From Azolla caroliniana (taxonomy: Eukaryota > Plantae > Polypodiophyta): a DNA stretch of 64,000 nt. The notes under the pieces are model-generated. The model saw only the letters and a program-made list of their open reading frames with translations, was not told the origin of the DNA and made no database searches. The DNA is taken from the NCBI GenBank assembly GCA_043228905.1, contig JBHGNT010000002.1, forward strand, positions 8,060,001-8,124,000, written 5' to 3'. A program made the translations under genes and the position numbers. Shown here one piece after another: positions 37,214-50,249 of the stretch (positions are counted from its first letter, which is position 1; each line of letters starts with the position of its first letter).

Positions 37214-40200
37214 TTTCGTGTGGTTTTTCACACATGATATGAAAACTAGTAAAATAAGTATTTAAGATTAGCTTAATGGATTGATATGGGAAGATAGATA
37301 TCTTCAAGAGTTTCATATTGCATTTTTCTACGCATAAAACGGATAAATAAGTATTAAGATGTGTGAATATAAAGTTTGAGAAGATAAGGAAAATAGAATT
37401 GTAAAATATCCCACATAGATAGGAAACTTTAGGATCCATCTATATAAGTAGAATGAGAACCATTAGTTTTTATCTATGTGTTGAGAGCAGAAATGGAATG
37501 GTTGGACTTGGACCAATTTGTCTACATGGACAAATGTGGCTAAGGAACGGCGACCGGATAGAGTTGGCAACTAGAAACCGGATTGAGCCGGTAACTGGAT
37601 AGAACCGGCAACAAAGCCGGGAATTGGAAACCGGATAAAACCGGCAAGAAAGCCGGGAATTAGAAACTGGATGGAGCTGGCAACAAAGCCAGAAATCGAA
37701 AACCGGATGGAGCTGGCAACTGGAATTTGGAATTTGGACAGAGTCGGTGATGAAGTTGGGAACTGGAACCGGATGGCGACGGAACCGGCTACTAACGACA
37801 TATCGGACGGAGCCGATAACCGGCAATAGGACGGAGCCGGCAATTGGCAACCGGACAAAACCGGACGGTGACGGAACAGAAACCGAATGCGAACTGGACG
37901 GATCGAATAGGCGACGGTCAAGATGGACGGATGATAGGATCATGCGGCGAATTAAAGTAAACTAAACTAAACTAAAAGTAAGGGCGAAACAAAAAAAATA
38001 GGAGGCCATGCAACTAAAAATAAAGGTCATGCAACTAAAAAAAATAAAGGTCAAGCAACAAAAAATGGAGGACATGCAACCATAAAGGGGACGCATGCAA
38101 AGGATCATGGGAGGCTATGATCAACAAAGAACTTCATATATATTCGATTTTTTTTCTCCACTTGGGTCCGTTGTCCATTTTTTTTTTTTCCTTCTCGGTT
38201 CCCTCATCTCACGGAGGCATAACACTCATAAACCCTAATTTTCCTTACAGAGCCATATCTCTCATAAACCCTAAGTTTCCTTACGGAAGCCATATCTCTC
38301 ATAAACCCTAATTTCCCTACGGAAGCCATAAGACTCAAAAACCCTAATTTTCCCTATGGAAGCCATATCTCTCAACACCCCTAATTTTTCTTTTCTATTA
38401 ATCTCAGTAAACCTAAAAATTTTGAATCCCAATCTTGGGACATATTATAATTTCTTTTCCTTTGTTAATGAAAATTACTAAATTCCTTATTTCCATTAAT
38501 TGTTAAAAATATAAACGCACGAATGTGATATCCTCTTGTCGGAGGCCCTGGGGTCCTGCCTCAAGTTCACGTATCCTCATCGTATTTTCGCGACATCTTT
38601 GGTGAACCCGACGTGAAACGAGGCGGCGAGAGGATATCTCATGGAGGCATATAGATACAAAGAGCCGAAGAGATGCAGTCTATACGAGTTCGGCCAATGG
38701 GTATCATCATTAAAGACCCACCAAAATGCCATGCATGCTTTCGATGAGTTCGAGTGTCGCTTTGCACAACTCTCGGAGCGGGATCAAAGATTGGTGGGGG
38801 TGGATAAAGTCCTAATGTTCGTGAAATCGATAGATCTGAAGGAAAGAAAGACCATTGGAATACGAATTGAGGATGACGACGGAGCAAATGGCCTCACCGA
38901 GGATTGGATGAAAGTGGAAAGAGAATGTCGACTACACGATAAGAGGAAGACAAGATTCTTATCGACAACAACACAACCCACGATAGATGGTGAAAGGAGG
39001 ACAAGAAGCAACTACAAACTACTACCTAAAGAAGAGAGCTTTAAGAGGGAAGGTTCAATGGTACTCGACATAGAGGCCTTCATAAATGAGGCATATGAGA
39101 AATTAAAGGTGCAAGTCGAGGCCAAAGAGAATCTTATAGTGGAACCAAAACCGATTAAAATGGTTATCAACGAAGAAAATACCTCCCAACAAAGGTGGAG
39201 TAATGATATGGCGAATACGAAGGCCCAAGTTCGGTATTATCGCACCATGGGAGAAGATGTGGAACAAGACACCCTCTCGTCTTGGAAAGAAACAATGACG
39301 AAGAATGAAATCAATGAATCGAGGGTGGCAAATGTCACTTCAAGCAAGGACAAATGTTTCGGAACACGCATCGTGTCTAAAACATCAAGTGATGAAGGTG
39401 CAAGCATGAGCAAAGCTTGCATGATCAAGCGAGATAAAAAGTGTGAGGCCAACGTGATTATAGAGATAGCCATGAAAAATGACATCGAATAAGAGGTGGC
39501 TATGGACAAGTTAATGGCGGATGGCTGCGTCGAGACTTTCTCCACACTTGTTCTAGAGACGTGGGCAGATGCGTCGAAAAGCAAACGTGAGACCCAAGAG
39601 ATGGAAGGTGCCGGCGAGGAAGTGAAGGACGAGGCTAACACATGTGAAGAAGAAGGAGACGTCAAGCCGAAGAGGGTAGACGACGATCATGAAGAGACTT
39701 TGCCCACAAAAGTTCTTGAGACTTGGGCATTAACCGATGTAAGACCCAAGAGACAAAAGGTGGCGGTGAAGAAACAATGGTCAAAGCCAATGCAAACAAC
39801 CATAAGGTGGAAGCGGCTAAGGGTAGCACGACAAAGACAAACTATTAAAACGTATGGATCCCTCCACACTCGTTCGAGAGACTTGGGCATTAACCGATGT
39901 AAGATCGAAGAGAAGGATAGTGGCGGAGAGGAAGCAAGGGTTGAAGCTAGTGCGGGCAACAAGGAAGTCATGGTCAACTCCAAAGTATACCACGAAAGTA
40001 GAAAAAGTGAGAAGCATGAAATGTGTTCACTTAAGGACCTCGAGATGTGCATGCAGTTGAAGAATGAACCACTAAGAGTACTCAACAATAGTACTTCGAT
40101 AAGGCCTTTGAAAGGCATGCATGGAACAAGAAAGGATGATAAAAGAAAGTTAGATGACCAAGGAGATGGCCGAGATGAGGGTGGCACGTGCACGAGGCGT

Positions 40201-40905
40201 GAATCATTATGGTCAAGAGGAGCAAAGAGAGCCATGACAACCGGTCATGGAAATGCAAAGATTGAACAAAGAATATGGTGGATCGGATGGCAACGATGGT
40301 TTGGGTATAAAGAAGAAATATCGATGAAGTAGAATAATCAAAAGAGGAACCTCACTACAATTGGCACATACCGGTGGATGTGCAGGTTTGGTGGGGGTGA
40401 ATGTCGTGTGGTTTTTCACACGCGATATGAAAACTAGTAAAATAAGTATTTAAGGTTAGGTTAATGGATTGCTATGGGAAGATAGATATCTTCAAGAGTT
40501 TCATAACACATTTTTTTATGCATAAAACGGATAAATAAGTATTAAGATATGTGAATATGAAGTTTGAGAAGATAAGGAAAATAGAATTGTGAAATATCCC
40601 ACATAGATAGGAAACTTTAGGATCCATCTATATAAGAAGAATGAGAACCATTAGTTTTTATCTATGTGTTGAGAGCACAAATGGAATGGTTGGACTTGGA
40701 CCAATTTGTCTACATGGAGAAATGTGGCTAACGAATCGGTCACTAGATGGAGTCGGCAACTAGAAACTAGATTGAACCGGCAACTGGATACAACCGGCAA
40801 CAAAGCCGAGAACTAGAAACCGGATGGAGCTGGCAACTGGATACAACCGGCAACAAAGTTGGGAACTGGAAATCGGATGGAGCCGGCAATTGGATAGAAC
40901 CGGCT
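37214..40905 (+). mobile_element. Non-autonomous gag-only LTR element (5' LTR 37214-38595, truncated 3' LTR from 40402)
   Basis: The LTR starts are homologous. PBS TGGTGAACCCGACGTGA (tRNA-Trp) lies at 38600-38616. The PPT context matches 34660-34703. Confidence 0.85.
38641..40332 (+). pseudogene. Gag-like N-terminus fused to a charged low-complexity tail; one in-frame stop at 39490-39492
   Basis: EFECRFAQLSERDQRLVGVDKVLMFVK matches the gag at 54140-54547 (EFAQRFDRLPTLDKTILDSNKVLLFIK). Confidence 0.65.
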
Positions 40906-40924
40906 AAATGGGATGTGTTATAAG

Positions 40925-42430
40925 GATAAAAGACCAGGGGGGAGTAGCCTCTATCTATAAGTCTTTGGAAGAATAGTTTTTTTCCATGTTTTTAAAAAAT
41001 AAAGGTGTGCATTCTCGATCTAGGTACCGACATAACTCATTACAAATAAAATGCTCTTGGTATGAAGAGGGTGATTGGAGGAAAACGGGAAATATTGGTA
41101 GGAGTTTATAGGTTTTTGAAAACAATTGAATGTAAAAGAGGAATGGTCTAGGTTAACTCAAAGTTTTAGAAATGGGATTCATGGGGGGGAGGTTTAGATG
41201 GTTAGTTTTATGCATTGGTCGATGTTTAAACTGTAGAAACCTAGGTAGTCTAAGAGATGAGTTTTGGTTCCCCACCAAACACCAAAAGCATTATCTATAT
41301 ATCAGGTAAAGAAGAAGAGATTGTTAGGTTTGGGTTGTATATTTTCTATGTGCACGAGGAAGAGGCAAACATAAACTACGGAGAAATTAAGTCTACCCAT
41401 AGTTGTACCTTTAATCTATTGATAGACTATGTTGTCGAAAGATAGAAAATGGTATACTAATACTAAGGCACTAAGGGTGTAGATTAAGTTTGTTTTTGTT
41501 GTAGTGAAGTGGGTGGTAATAATTTTCATAAGGGCATCTAATCCTAGTTTAGGAGGTATGTTAAGGTATAAGGCTTCAACGTCAAAGGTAAAAAGGAAAT
41601 TGTTGGGAGGTGGATGGAGTTTTTCTACCGTGGTTTTAAGGGTATGGGAGTCTTTAAGGTTTTGTTTTTGTAAGAAGAGTACGGAGAGGAGTTGGTGGTG
41701 GTGGTGGTGGTGGAGCCACTTGGAGGCTTATTCAAAATGCAATAATTGTAAGAGCATATGGCCCGATAACTAATAGGTTGTTTATGGATTTTAGGAAGGA
41801 AGTATATGTTACAAACTCTATATCCCTTTAGGGGTCTATGTAGTACAAAACTTGCTTTGGATATGGTTCCTATATATTTATCTATAATTTAATTAGGGCT
41901 AAAAAGGAGTTCATCTATAGGGAATTGTGGGACGATTTTATAAGTTGTAGGATCTTAGAGATGCTCAAGTGCTTTTTTCGTGGTATAATCTCTTGTCGAG
42001 AACACATACCACTACATTTTTGTCAACTAGGAGGATTATAGTGTTTAGGTTTCTATTAAGGTTTTTTAAAGCTTTAAGGAAGTGAGGCGGTCTTTTAGTT
42101 GGTTTTAATTTGATGTTTTGAAGGGTGTGAATGAGATTTTTCTTCTGTTTAGTTAGTATGGTCTCTAGGCGGGTGTATTGGGTAGGAGGTAGCCAAGTAG
42201 GGTTAGGTAGATAATAGATTAAAGGAGTTTAGAGGAAGTTTGTTTTTATTATCTCTAAAAAATTGTTTAAGTTTCTGTAATCTACTACGGTTATTAAATC
42301 CATTAATTATTTCATTAAAGGGGGGATTGGATAAGGGAATGTGTTTTAATCCTAGTTGTAAGAGTTGGATTTTGTGTTTCGAAAGGGAGTGTTGGGAGAG
42401 GTTATGGATTCCATTGGTAATTTTTGTTGG
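40925..42430 (-). pseudogene. Penelope-like element reverse transcriptase remnant
   Basis: Manual translation gives, in order: IHNLSQHSL..LLQLGLK.IP, YFLPKIHK, TFDVEALYLNIP, YQ*IKGTTMG..FSVVY, *YIDNAFGVW, YQYFPFSSNHPLHTK, ELCRYL, FFQRLIDRGY. Confidence 0.85.
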
Positions 42431-42845
42431 GTTTAGTGTCGTGAGTGGTAACCAAAATTTACTATCGGTTCTTCTATGCCTACTTTTTTAACTATATGGA
42501 GAGAAGTGAAATCTTAGTGTGTGTTTACAGAACCATATATTAGTGTTTAAACTAGAAACGAGCCTATTAAGAAGATAATGAAGACATGGCGTGGGTTGTA
42601 TGGCATGCCAAAACTGCTTATCCTGTTTGGCATGCCTAGGTATACGTTTTTGGACTTACTACATTCTAGTTTTTGAGGGCCCAAGGCGGGAGTGAGTTAT
42701 GGGGATTTGATTTATTATGGGATGGTTTATGTAGGGGTCTTGGGATATGATAGCTTGAAGAGGGACAGGTGTATGGTGTGGGTTTAGAAAAAGGGTTATA
42801 CAAAGGGGAGGGGGGATAGTGTGAAAAAGAAGGGAGGGGGGGGGG

Positions 42846-43620
42846 GATTCAAATTATGCTAGATGCGCTGACAATAGGAAATCTACTTAAGGGTACATCT
42901 TTCAGATTATAGGAGGTGCCATTGCTTGGATATCTCGTCTTCAAGAATGTGTTGCATTGTCAACTATCAAAGAAAAGTATGTTGCAGCTAGTGAGGCATG
43001 TAAGGAAGTAGTAGGGCTTTCTCGACTAGCTTGTGACATGGGTATACCTCAACATGTACCCAAATTGTTTTGTGATAGTCAGAGTGGCATTGCCTTCGTT
43101 AAGAATCTGGCATATCATGTGAAGACCAAACATATTGGAGTGTGATACCATTTCATTCGGTAATGCGTAGCTAATGGTTGCATTAGCCTTGAGAAGGTTG
43201 TTTCTCGCGAAAATGCCGCAAATGCATTGACCAAGGCCTTACTACAAGATGCATTGGAGCATTGTTGTCACTTGATGGGAGTCACTTAGTGCCTTACATT
43301 ACACACTTGTTGTGTACATTATGTAACATGCCCATTAGGTGGGAGGTATAGGTCTTGTACAACTCAAGCTTCCATTATTCGTACTCCTAGTTTAGGCCTT
43401 TTAGTGGGAGATAGTGTGAAAAGGCCAAAATTGGTCTTCCACTTAGTAGTGTGTGGGGAGAGAGTTTGGAGTGTGTGTGAGTAAAACCCCTCCGAGACAT
43501 AGTGTGTGAGGTAGAGTATAAAACCAACGTTTTCTCTATCCCCCCCCCTTTTTCAGAAACAGAGTTTTTCTTCACAGAACCAAAATTCTTTGTTAGCTCT
43601 CTATTCTTCCCTTTTATACA
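42846..43620 (+). mobile_element. Copia RNase H end, PPT and short (~210 bp) 3' LTR (43411-~43620)
   Basis: LFCDSQSGIA..HVKTKHI, paralogous to 46381-46709; AGTGGGAGA precedes the LTR. Confidence 0.8.
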
Positions 43621-43746
43621 TGTATCCCCCATACATGCATAGTGTGAAAAGGCCAAAACTGGTCTTCCACTTAGAAGTGTGTGGGGAGAGAGTTTGGAGT
43701 GTGTGTGAGTAAAACCCCTCTGAGACATAGTGTGTGAGGTAGAGTA

Positions 43747-44555
43747 TGACGGAAACTACAAGGCTCCTATGCGCAGCGCTCGGCCACAACCGAGCTTAGA
43801 ATCATACACAGAAAACGGGAAATAAATGCACGACACAAAGTAGAGAAAAGTACACTGGATGTTTACGTGGAAAACCCAAACTAAGGGAAAAACCACGGCA
43901 GCCCATAGGCTGCAAACTATCACTATGTTAGAATGTACAACAGTGAGTTCACGGAGGCAACGACCTCGTGCTCACGATCTTCGCCACAGGCGGCGGTTAC
44001 AACCGAGGCAACGACCTCTTCCTCTCTCTCTCACTCTCTGTACACTGTTACACACACTCTCTTCTTACACCAACAAGAAAATACCAACAACCCTCAAAAG
44101 TTTGCCCTAAGTCATATTTATACTAATATGACTTTTCGGTTATTTACAAATATAGCCACGATGGACTCTCAGAAACATATTTACGAATATGTCTCTTCAT
44201 CTGGAGAGCGCTCCTCACCGGGTATGCACCATCCGGCTCTCCGTAGCCGGGTACTCCTCATCCGGTTCTCACCGGGTCTGCACCATCCGGCTCTCCGTAG
44301 CCGGGTACTCCTCATCCGGTTCTCACCGGGTCTGTACCATCCGGCTCTCCGTAGCCAGATACTCCTCATCCAGTTCTCACCGGGTCTGCACCATCCGGTT
44401 CTTCGTAGCCGGGTACTCCTCATCCGGTTCTCACTGGGTATGCACCATCCGGCTCTCCGAAGCTGGGTACTCCTCATCCGGTTTCGGCCAAGGCCGAGTT
44501 TGCTCATCAGCACTGTTCTTCTCCCTTCCCATCCGGAGGGACCTATCTCCCAACA
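43747..44555 (-). mobile_element. Copia solo LTR (family of 21827-26958)
   Basis: TG...CA termini and TSD GAGTA (43742-43746, 44556-44560). Confidence 0.93.
44213..44482. repeat. 54-bp CCGG-rich tandem repeat, five copies, in U3
   Basis: Unit CTCACCGGGTCTGCACCATCCGGCTCTCCGTAGCCGGGTACTCCTCATCCGGTT. Confidence 0.95.
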
Positions 44556-46949
44556 GAGTATACAACCAACGTTTTCTCTGTTCCCCCCCCCCCCCCCCCC
44601 CCCCCCCTTTTAAGAAAAAAAGTTTTTCTTCACAGAACCAAAATTCTCTCTTAGCTCTCTATTCTTCCCTTTTATTATTGTGGTATCAAAGCTTGGGAGT
44701 TCACAATATAGAGCTTTGGAGATTGTACAAAAACGTTGGTGATTGGATCTGCTTGGTTGTAGCATCTACCTATTTTTGGGCATCTCCAGCATCTTCGACA
44801 TTGAAGGAAAAAACTTATTATTCATAGGTATTTTCCCTAGTTAAACTCTCACGTTTATCGCCATTTGCGAAACATTTCTGGTGGAAATAATCTGTAGTGG
44901 GAGAGACCCCTACTACATTTGGAAGAGAGATTTGGGATCACTATGACTGTATGGCAGAGCAGATGCCTACAATTTGTGATTTGGGAGATGTATGCTAGTC
45001 CGTATCGTTGATATTTTGGAAGTTATATGCTTTCAGTGGTGCGTGTTATACGCAAGATTGGTATCAGTCTTTTTTGACAGTTTGCAACTGATATTTTGGA
45101 AGTTCTATGCTTTCAGTGGTGCGTGCTACACGCAATATTGGTATCACTTCTTGACAGTTTTCCATAAGCTAGTCAATTACTAGTTTTTTGTTGCCCAATC
45201 ATACTTTGTTTCCTGATACTCTCGTTCACTCCCATGGAGTCTGAAATGTTGGATGCATCTAGTAGCACTTCTGTTGGTCGCAATAGTTCAAGTAAGAACT
45301 ATTCATTTTTGGGAAAAGATCACATTGAGATCTGGAAATTTGATGGATCTAATTTTGCTTTGTTGCAGAATCAGATGCGTGATGTATTGGTTCAAAGAAA
45401 GAAAATGAGGCCTTTTGACGGCAAACCGAAGAAGTCGGATCACATTGATGATGATGATTGGTAGGAACTTGATGCCCTCACCATGTCCACTATAACACTG
45501 TATTTGGCGGATAGTGTCTACTTTATTTTTTTAGACAGTAAAAACACCGAAGAACTTTGGAAAAAATTATGCAATACCTATGAGAAGGAAACTGGAAATC
45601 AGGATTTGGAATTAGTCCAAATGGATGTAAAGACTTCCTTTTTACATGGGGACTTTGATGAGGATATTTATATGGAACAACCAGAAGGTAATGAAGTCTT
45701 GGGAAATTAACATTTGGTATGTAAACTCAAGAAGACTTTGTATGGGCTTAAGCAGACCCCCAGATTGTGGTACCCAAAGTTTGATGCTTTTGTGAAGACT
45801 CAGGGGTGCGCTAGAAGCAATGAGGATCCTTGCCTTTATACGAAAAAATGTTCAGATGAGAGTTCCATTATGTTGATGATATGCTTATCGTTGGTAAAAA
45901 CAAGGATGAGTTATCCTTGTCAAAGAAAAACTTGAGCCAAATTTTTGACATGAAGGATTTGGGAGACGCAAAACATATTCTTGGTATGCGTATTACTCGT
46001 GATAGAAGCAATGCATTTACTTGTCTTAGGTTGAGTACATATCAAAAGTGCTCAAGAGGTTTAATATGGAGAATGCAAAGTCATTGAGCACTCCATTGCC
46101 TACATATGTAAAACTAAGCACATGTGATTGCCCCACGTCTGATGAGGACAAGGAATTCATGTCTAAGGTTCCTTATCAATCCGCAGTTGGGAGTCTTATG
46201 TACGCCATGGTGGCTACTAGACCAGACATTGCATTTGCAATGGGAGCAGTAACTCGATTCATGTCAAATCCTAGTAAGAAACATTGGGATGCAATCAAGT
46301 TGATATTGAGATATCTGAGTGGCACTAAGGATAAGTGCCTTTGTTTAGGTAAAGGGGATGCCTCTACCATTGGATACACAGATTCAGATTATGCTGAATG
46401 CGCTGACAATAGGAAATCTAATTCAGGGTACATCTTTCAAATTATGGGAGGTGCCATTGCTTGGAGATCTCGTCTTCAAGAATGTGTTGCATTGTCAACC
46501 ACCGAAGCAAAGTATGTTGCAGCTAGTGAGGCATGTAAGGAAGCAATATGGCTTTCTCGACTAGCTTGTGACATGGGTATACCTCAACATGTACCCAAAT
46601 TGTTTTGTGATAGTCAGAGTGGCATTGCCTTGGCTAAGAATCCAGCATATCATGCGAAGACCAAACATATTGGAGTGTGATACCATTTCATTCGGGAATG
46701 CATAGCTAAGGGGTATATGTCGTATATGTAGAAAGTGGGTAGGGGTAGGAAAAAAAGGGGAGGAGGGGTAGAATGAAAATTAGAAAAAAGGGGTGAGGGG
46801 TATAGTGAAACATCAAAGAAGGGGGACGGGATTTACCCAATTTCTAGAAAGTAAAGGGGGGGTGGGGGTATTGGTATGAGAGGGGAGTGGGCGAAGAAGT
46901 TTAAAACAGGGGGTAGAGTGTGTATGGTGTCGAGAATTGTGATTACAAC

Positions 46950-49430
46950 ACATGAGAGAGTTGTATAACATGATGGATTGTTATAATCTTCATAATCATT
47001 ATCTTCGCTTGTTTCTATATTTATTTCTCTAATGTATCTGTAATACTTATATATGTTTTGTCTAAGTGTTCATTACTTATGAATGAATTATCTTTATGTT
47101 CCGTAGCATTTAAACGGATAGCAGTTTCCACTATAATTCATTACAAAAACATCACTTGCTTGTAGTATTTTGTAGTATTTCTTTAAAAGTATTAATATTA
47201 GGATAAGAAGATACTTCTTACAAATATAAGGGTTATTGAATGACTTTGCTTATATCTAATCTAACTTTATTAGAAAAATCCTGTAGGTCTTTAGTATAGT
47301 TGTGAGCGAGTAAATCCAAATGTTAGAGTGAGTTCTTTATTATAGTGTTTAGTGAGAGTATCAAAACTCATTATGCATACTAATATTTAACTCTTCATGT
47401 TATTTAAGTTAAGTGGTGTAGTTTTTATGTAGGAGGTGTAAGATCATGTTTGTTTAGGTTTAAAACACGAGTATAAGTAGTTTTTGTTTTCTTGGAATGT
47501 CGATAAAGTCATTTAAATGCAGCGAGGATCCTACCTCTATAATCATCAAACTGTTTAGAACCAAAAGTAGTGTCTGATATAGTTCCCTTGTCTTTTTCTA
47601 GGTACAAGAGTTGAAGAGTGGGGAACATTATAGGTGCTCTCGGTCTTTTGCTTGGACAATTGTTGGCACTACGTCAAATTCAGAGAATACAAACTCGAGT
47701 GGGGGAGTTTATAGGAGCTTGTAGTCTTTTACTAGGTCAGTTGTTGGCGTGACGCGGCTTGGTAGGTGTTGGTGATGTCGATGCTTCCACTGCAAATTGA
47801 GGGATCTTCACTAGAGCATGGAACCCACGAGAGTCTTGACCCAATTAACCTTGACCAACCCTTTAGTGAAGAGCTCCCTCCTAAAAGAGTGATGATAGAA
47901 AGAAAAGATAAAGAAGATATATAAATCTAAAACTACAAAGATCTATTGATCATGAAAGAAGGAAGATAGAAAGAAGATACAAGTACAAATATCTATTGAT
48001 AAGAATTCAAACAACACTACATGAATTGAAAAGAAATCACCACAAGAAAGAGACCCCCCTCTACCTACCACCTTACTCTTCTTGCTTTATATGAAGTTCT
48101 CCTCTACTAGATAAATTTCCCTTGCTTTCTTTTCCACACTTTTTTTAGAGCTTTTCCATCTCCTATTCTTAGCTATGACACAACGATCTTCTAATCATCA
48201 TATCTCCCTCATCCGAACTCCAAATTTAATGATTTCAAAAGATACGAATAGTGGACTTCACGAGCTTTCTGACCCATATTTGCACATTATATTTGGCTTC
48301 CAAACGAAAGAGTTATAAGTGTTCATTTCACACTGTGTTTTGGTGGCCCGCTTTTTTCTTCTTTTACTTTTCTCCATGTATCTTGCTTTTAGTTTGACTT
48401 ATCCTCAAGACCTTGATTCGTGTTCTTGACCTCCGGATGTGAACGCGCCATACCTTATATTCTTGTAGACTTCAAAACCTTGAATTCTAAAAACACTTTC
48501 ACACCTCCCAACAAAGTGATGACATTTGCAACGGAGGCATCTACAACACCAACGTCTATCAAGTCATATAGCGCCAACAAATGACATAGTAAAGGCTAAG
48601 ACCTCCTATAACTTCCCCACTCGAATCTGTGTTCTCCGACTCTAGAGTAGCATCAATAAACGACCAATTAAAAGACCTAGGGCTCTTATAATATCTCCCA
48701 CTCCTCAACTCTCATACTCACATAAAAACAATGTAACTATGTCGGACACAACTCTTTGTTCTAAACACTTTGATGATTATAGATCTAAGATCCTAGCCGA
48801 GTTTAAACTACTTTATTGGCATTCTAAAAATACTAAGAATACTCATATTCTTATGTCTAACCTAAACGAATACGATCTTACTCCTCCAAGTCTAAAAACT
48901 AAACCTCCCAACTTAAATATAGAGCATGAAAAGTTAAATAATGATATTGAGTTCGACACTCTTATTAAACCCTATAATAAAGAACTCACTCTTAGTTATA
49001 TTAAAATTTTAGATTTTCTCGCTATAGTTATATTAAGGCCTTAGATAATTTTACAAATAAGGTTAAACTTTATATTAGTAGAATCGTTGAGGTCATCCAA
49101 CAACCCTTATACTCGCAAGAGGTCTCTTCTCACACTAATATTAATAATTTTAAAGAAACCCTAACACTATGACAACAAAACTTGGTTATAGAAATATTAT
49201 AAGGATGTGATGATTTCGCAATGAATCGCATAATAGAAATTGTTATCCAATTAAATGCTACTAAACAAAGAGATAAAGCCCTCATAAGTAATGAACACTT
49301 ACGTAAAACACATATTCGTATAACAAATACATCGGAAAACATAAACATTAGAGAAATAGACATAGATACGAGTGAAGATAATGATGATGAAATTTATAAT
49401 AGTCCATCATGTTATATAACTCTCGATAAC
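46950..49430. repeat. Diverged inverted repeat; arms ~46950-47790 and 48531-~49430
   Basis: The arms align right up to the central insert, e.g. TTCTAAACA.TTTGATGATTATAGA and CCATCATGTTATA.AACTCTC. Confidence 0.85.
47791..48530. mobile_element. 740-bp solo-LTR-like insert (TGCAAAT...ATTTGCA)
   Basis: 7-bp inverted termini; no TSD. Confidence 0.55.
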
Positions 49431-49625
49431 AAGAGTAATGAAAAATATAATAATATTCATCCTTTACTCACAACTTTAACCCTAACCCTAAACCTAACCT
49501 TAAATCCAACCCTAATTCTAACCTTACCTCTAACCCAAATACTAACCCTAACACCAAACCCTTTCCAAAAATACATCCTCAACCATCCGACCAACACTCT
49601 GTCCCTTGATTCACATGCAACATAG
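48739..49625 (+). pseudogene. Decayed ORF of unknown function (PLE-associated?)
   Basis: ORF pieces 48739-49044 and 49221-49625, with a homologous decayed copy on the left arm; TAACCC-like hexamers at ~49475-49560. Confidence 0.4.
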
Positions 49626-50249
49626 TTACAAATGAGGTAAGTAGGAACACTACAAATGAGGTAAGTAGGAACCCTAATCTAGTAAGTCTAAAAACATATA
49701 TATAGACGTGCCATACGAGATAAATAGTTTTCGGCTCTCCATACACCCTAGTTAAACGTCTATTATTTTTTCAATTGAGCAGTTTTTAGGTTAAACACTA
49801 ATATATAATAGGTAAACACACACTAAAATTTCACTAACCTCCTCCTAAATCAAAATTCCCAACATAACACAATCCTTTGTATGTAGGACTAAGGCAAAAT
49901 CATTACATACCCTCCTTTTTAAATCTTAATCACTACATACATTCCTAATTAAGACTAGATAAAACCCCATATCACCCCCCTTTGTTTTTAATATTATACC
50001 TGTCCCTTTCACCCTTGATTATAACCCCCCCTTTTTTATAATATACCCCTCCCTCTCTAAGTCCCTTCATTATAAACCCTTTCAATCATACTTATATACA
50101 CTCTCCCCTCCCGCTCTCCCTTCACATTAACTCATCACCCTCACCTCCTCATTATCATCCTACACCCCTACCACTACTTCTCTACTCCTCTCTCTACTAT
50201 CTCCCCTTTCTCTCCTTCCACCCTATATATAACACATCTCATATTGTAA

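Larger units (their letters stand above)
43640..46709 (+). pseudogene. Internally deleted Copia element of the same family (5' LTR 43640-~44677, PBS 44681-44692, gag fused to RT, RNase H)
   Basis: PBS TGGTATCAAAGC; KFDGSNFAL; YEKET|GNQDLELVQMDVKTSFLHG junction; YQSAVGSLMY; GYTDSDYA. Confidence 0.85.

Noticed and set aside
43933-44827. Repeat-protein ORFs (also 13527-13985, 37470-37965, 58857-59379)
   Set aside because: They are incidental translations of tandem repeats inside LTRs and are open in several frames.
49475-49560. True telomere or interstitial telomeric array
   Set aside because: Short, degenerate TAACCC-like hexamers rather than a clean TTTAGGG array.
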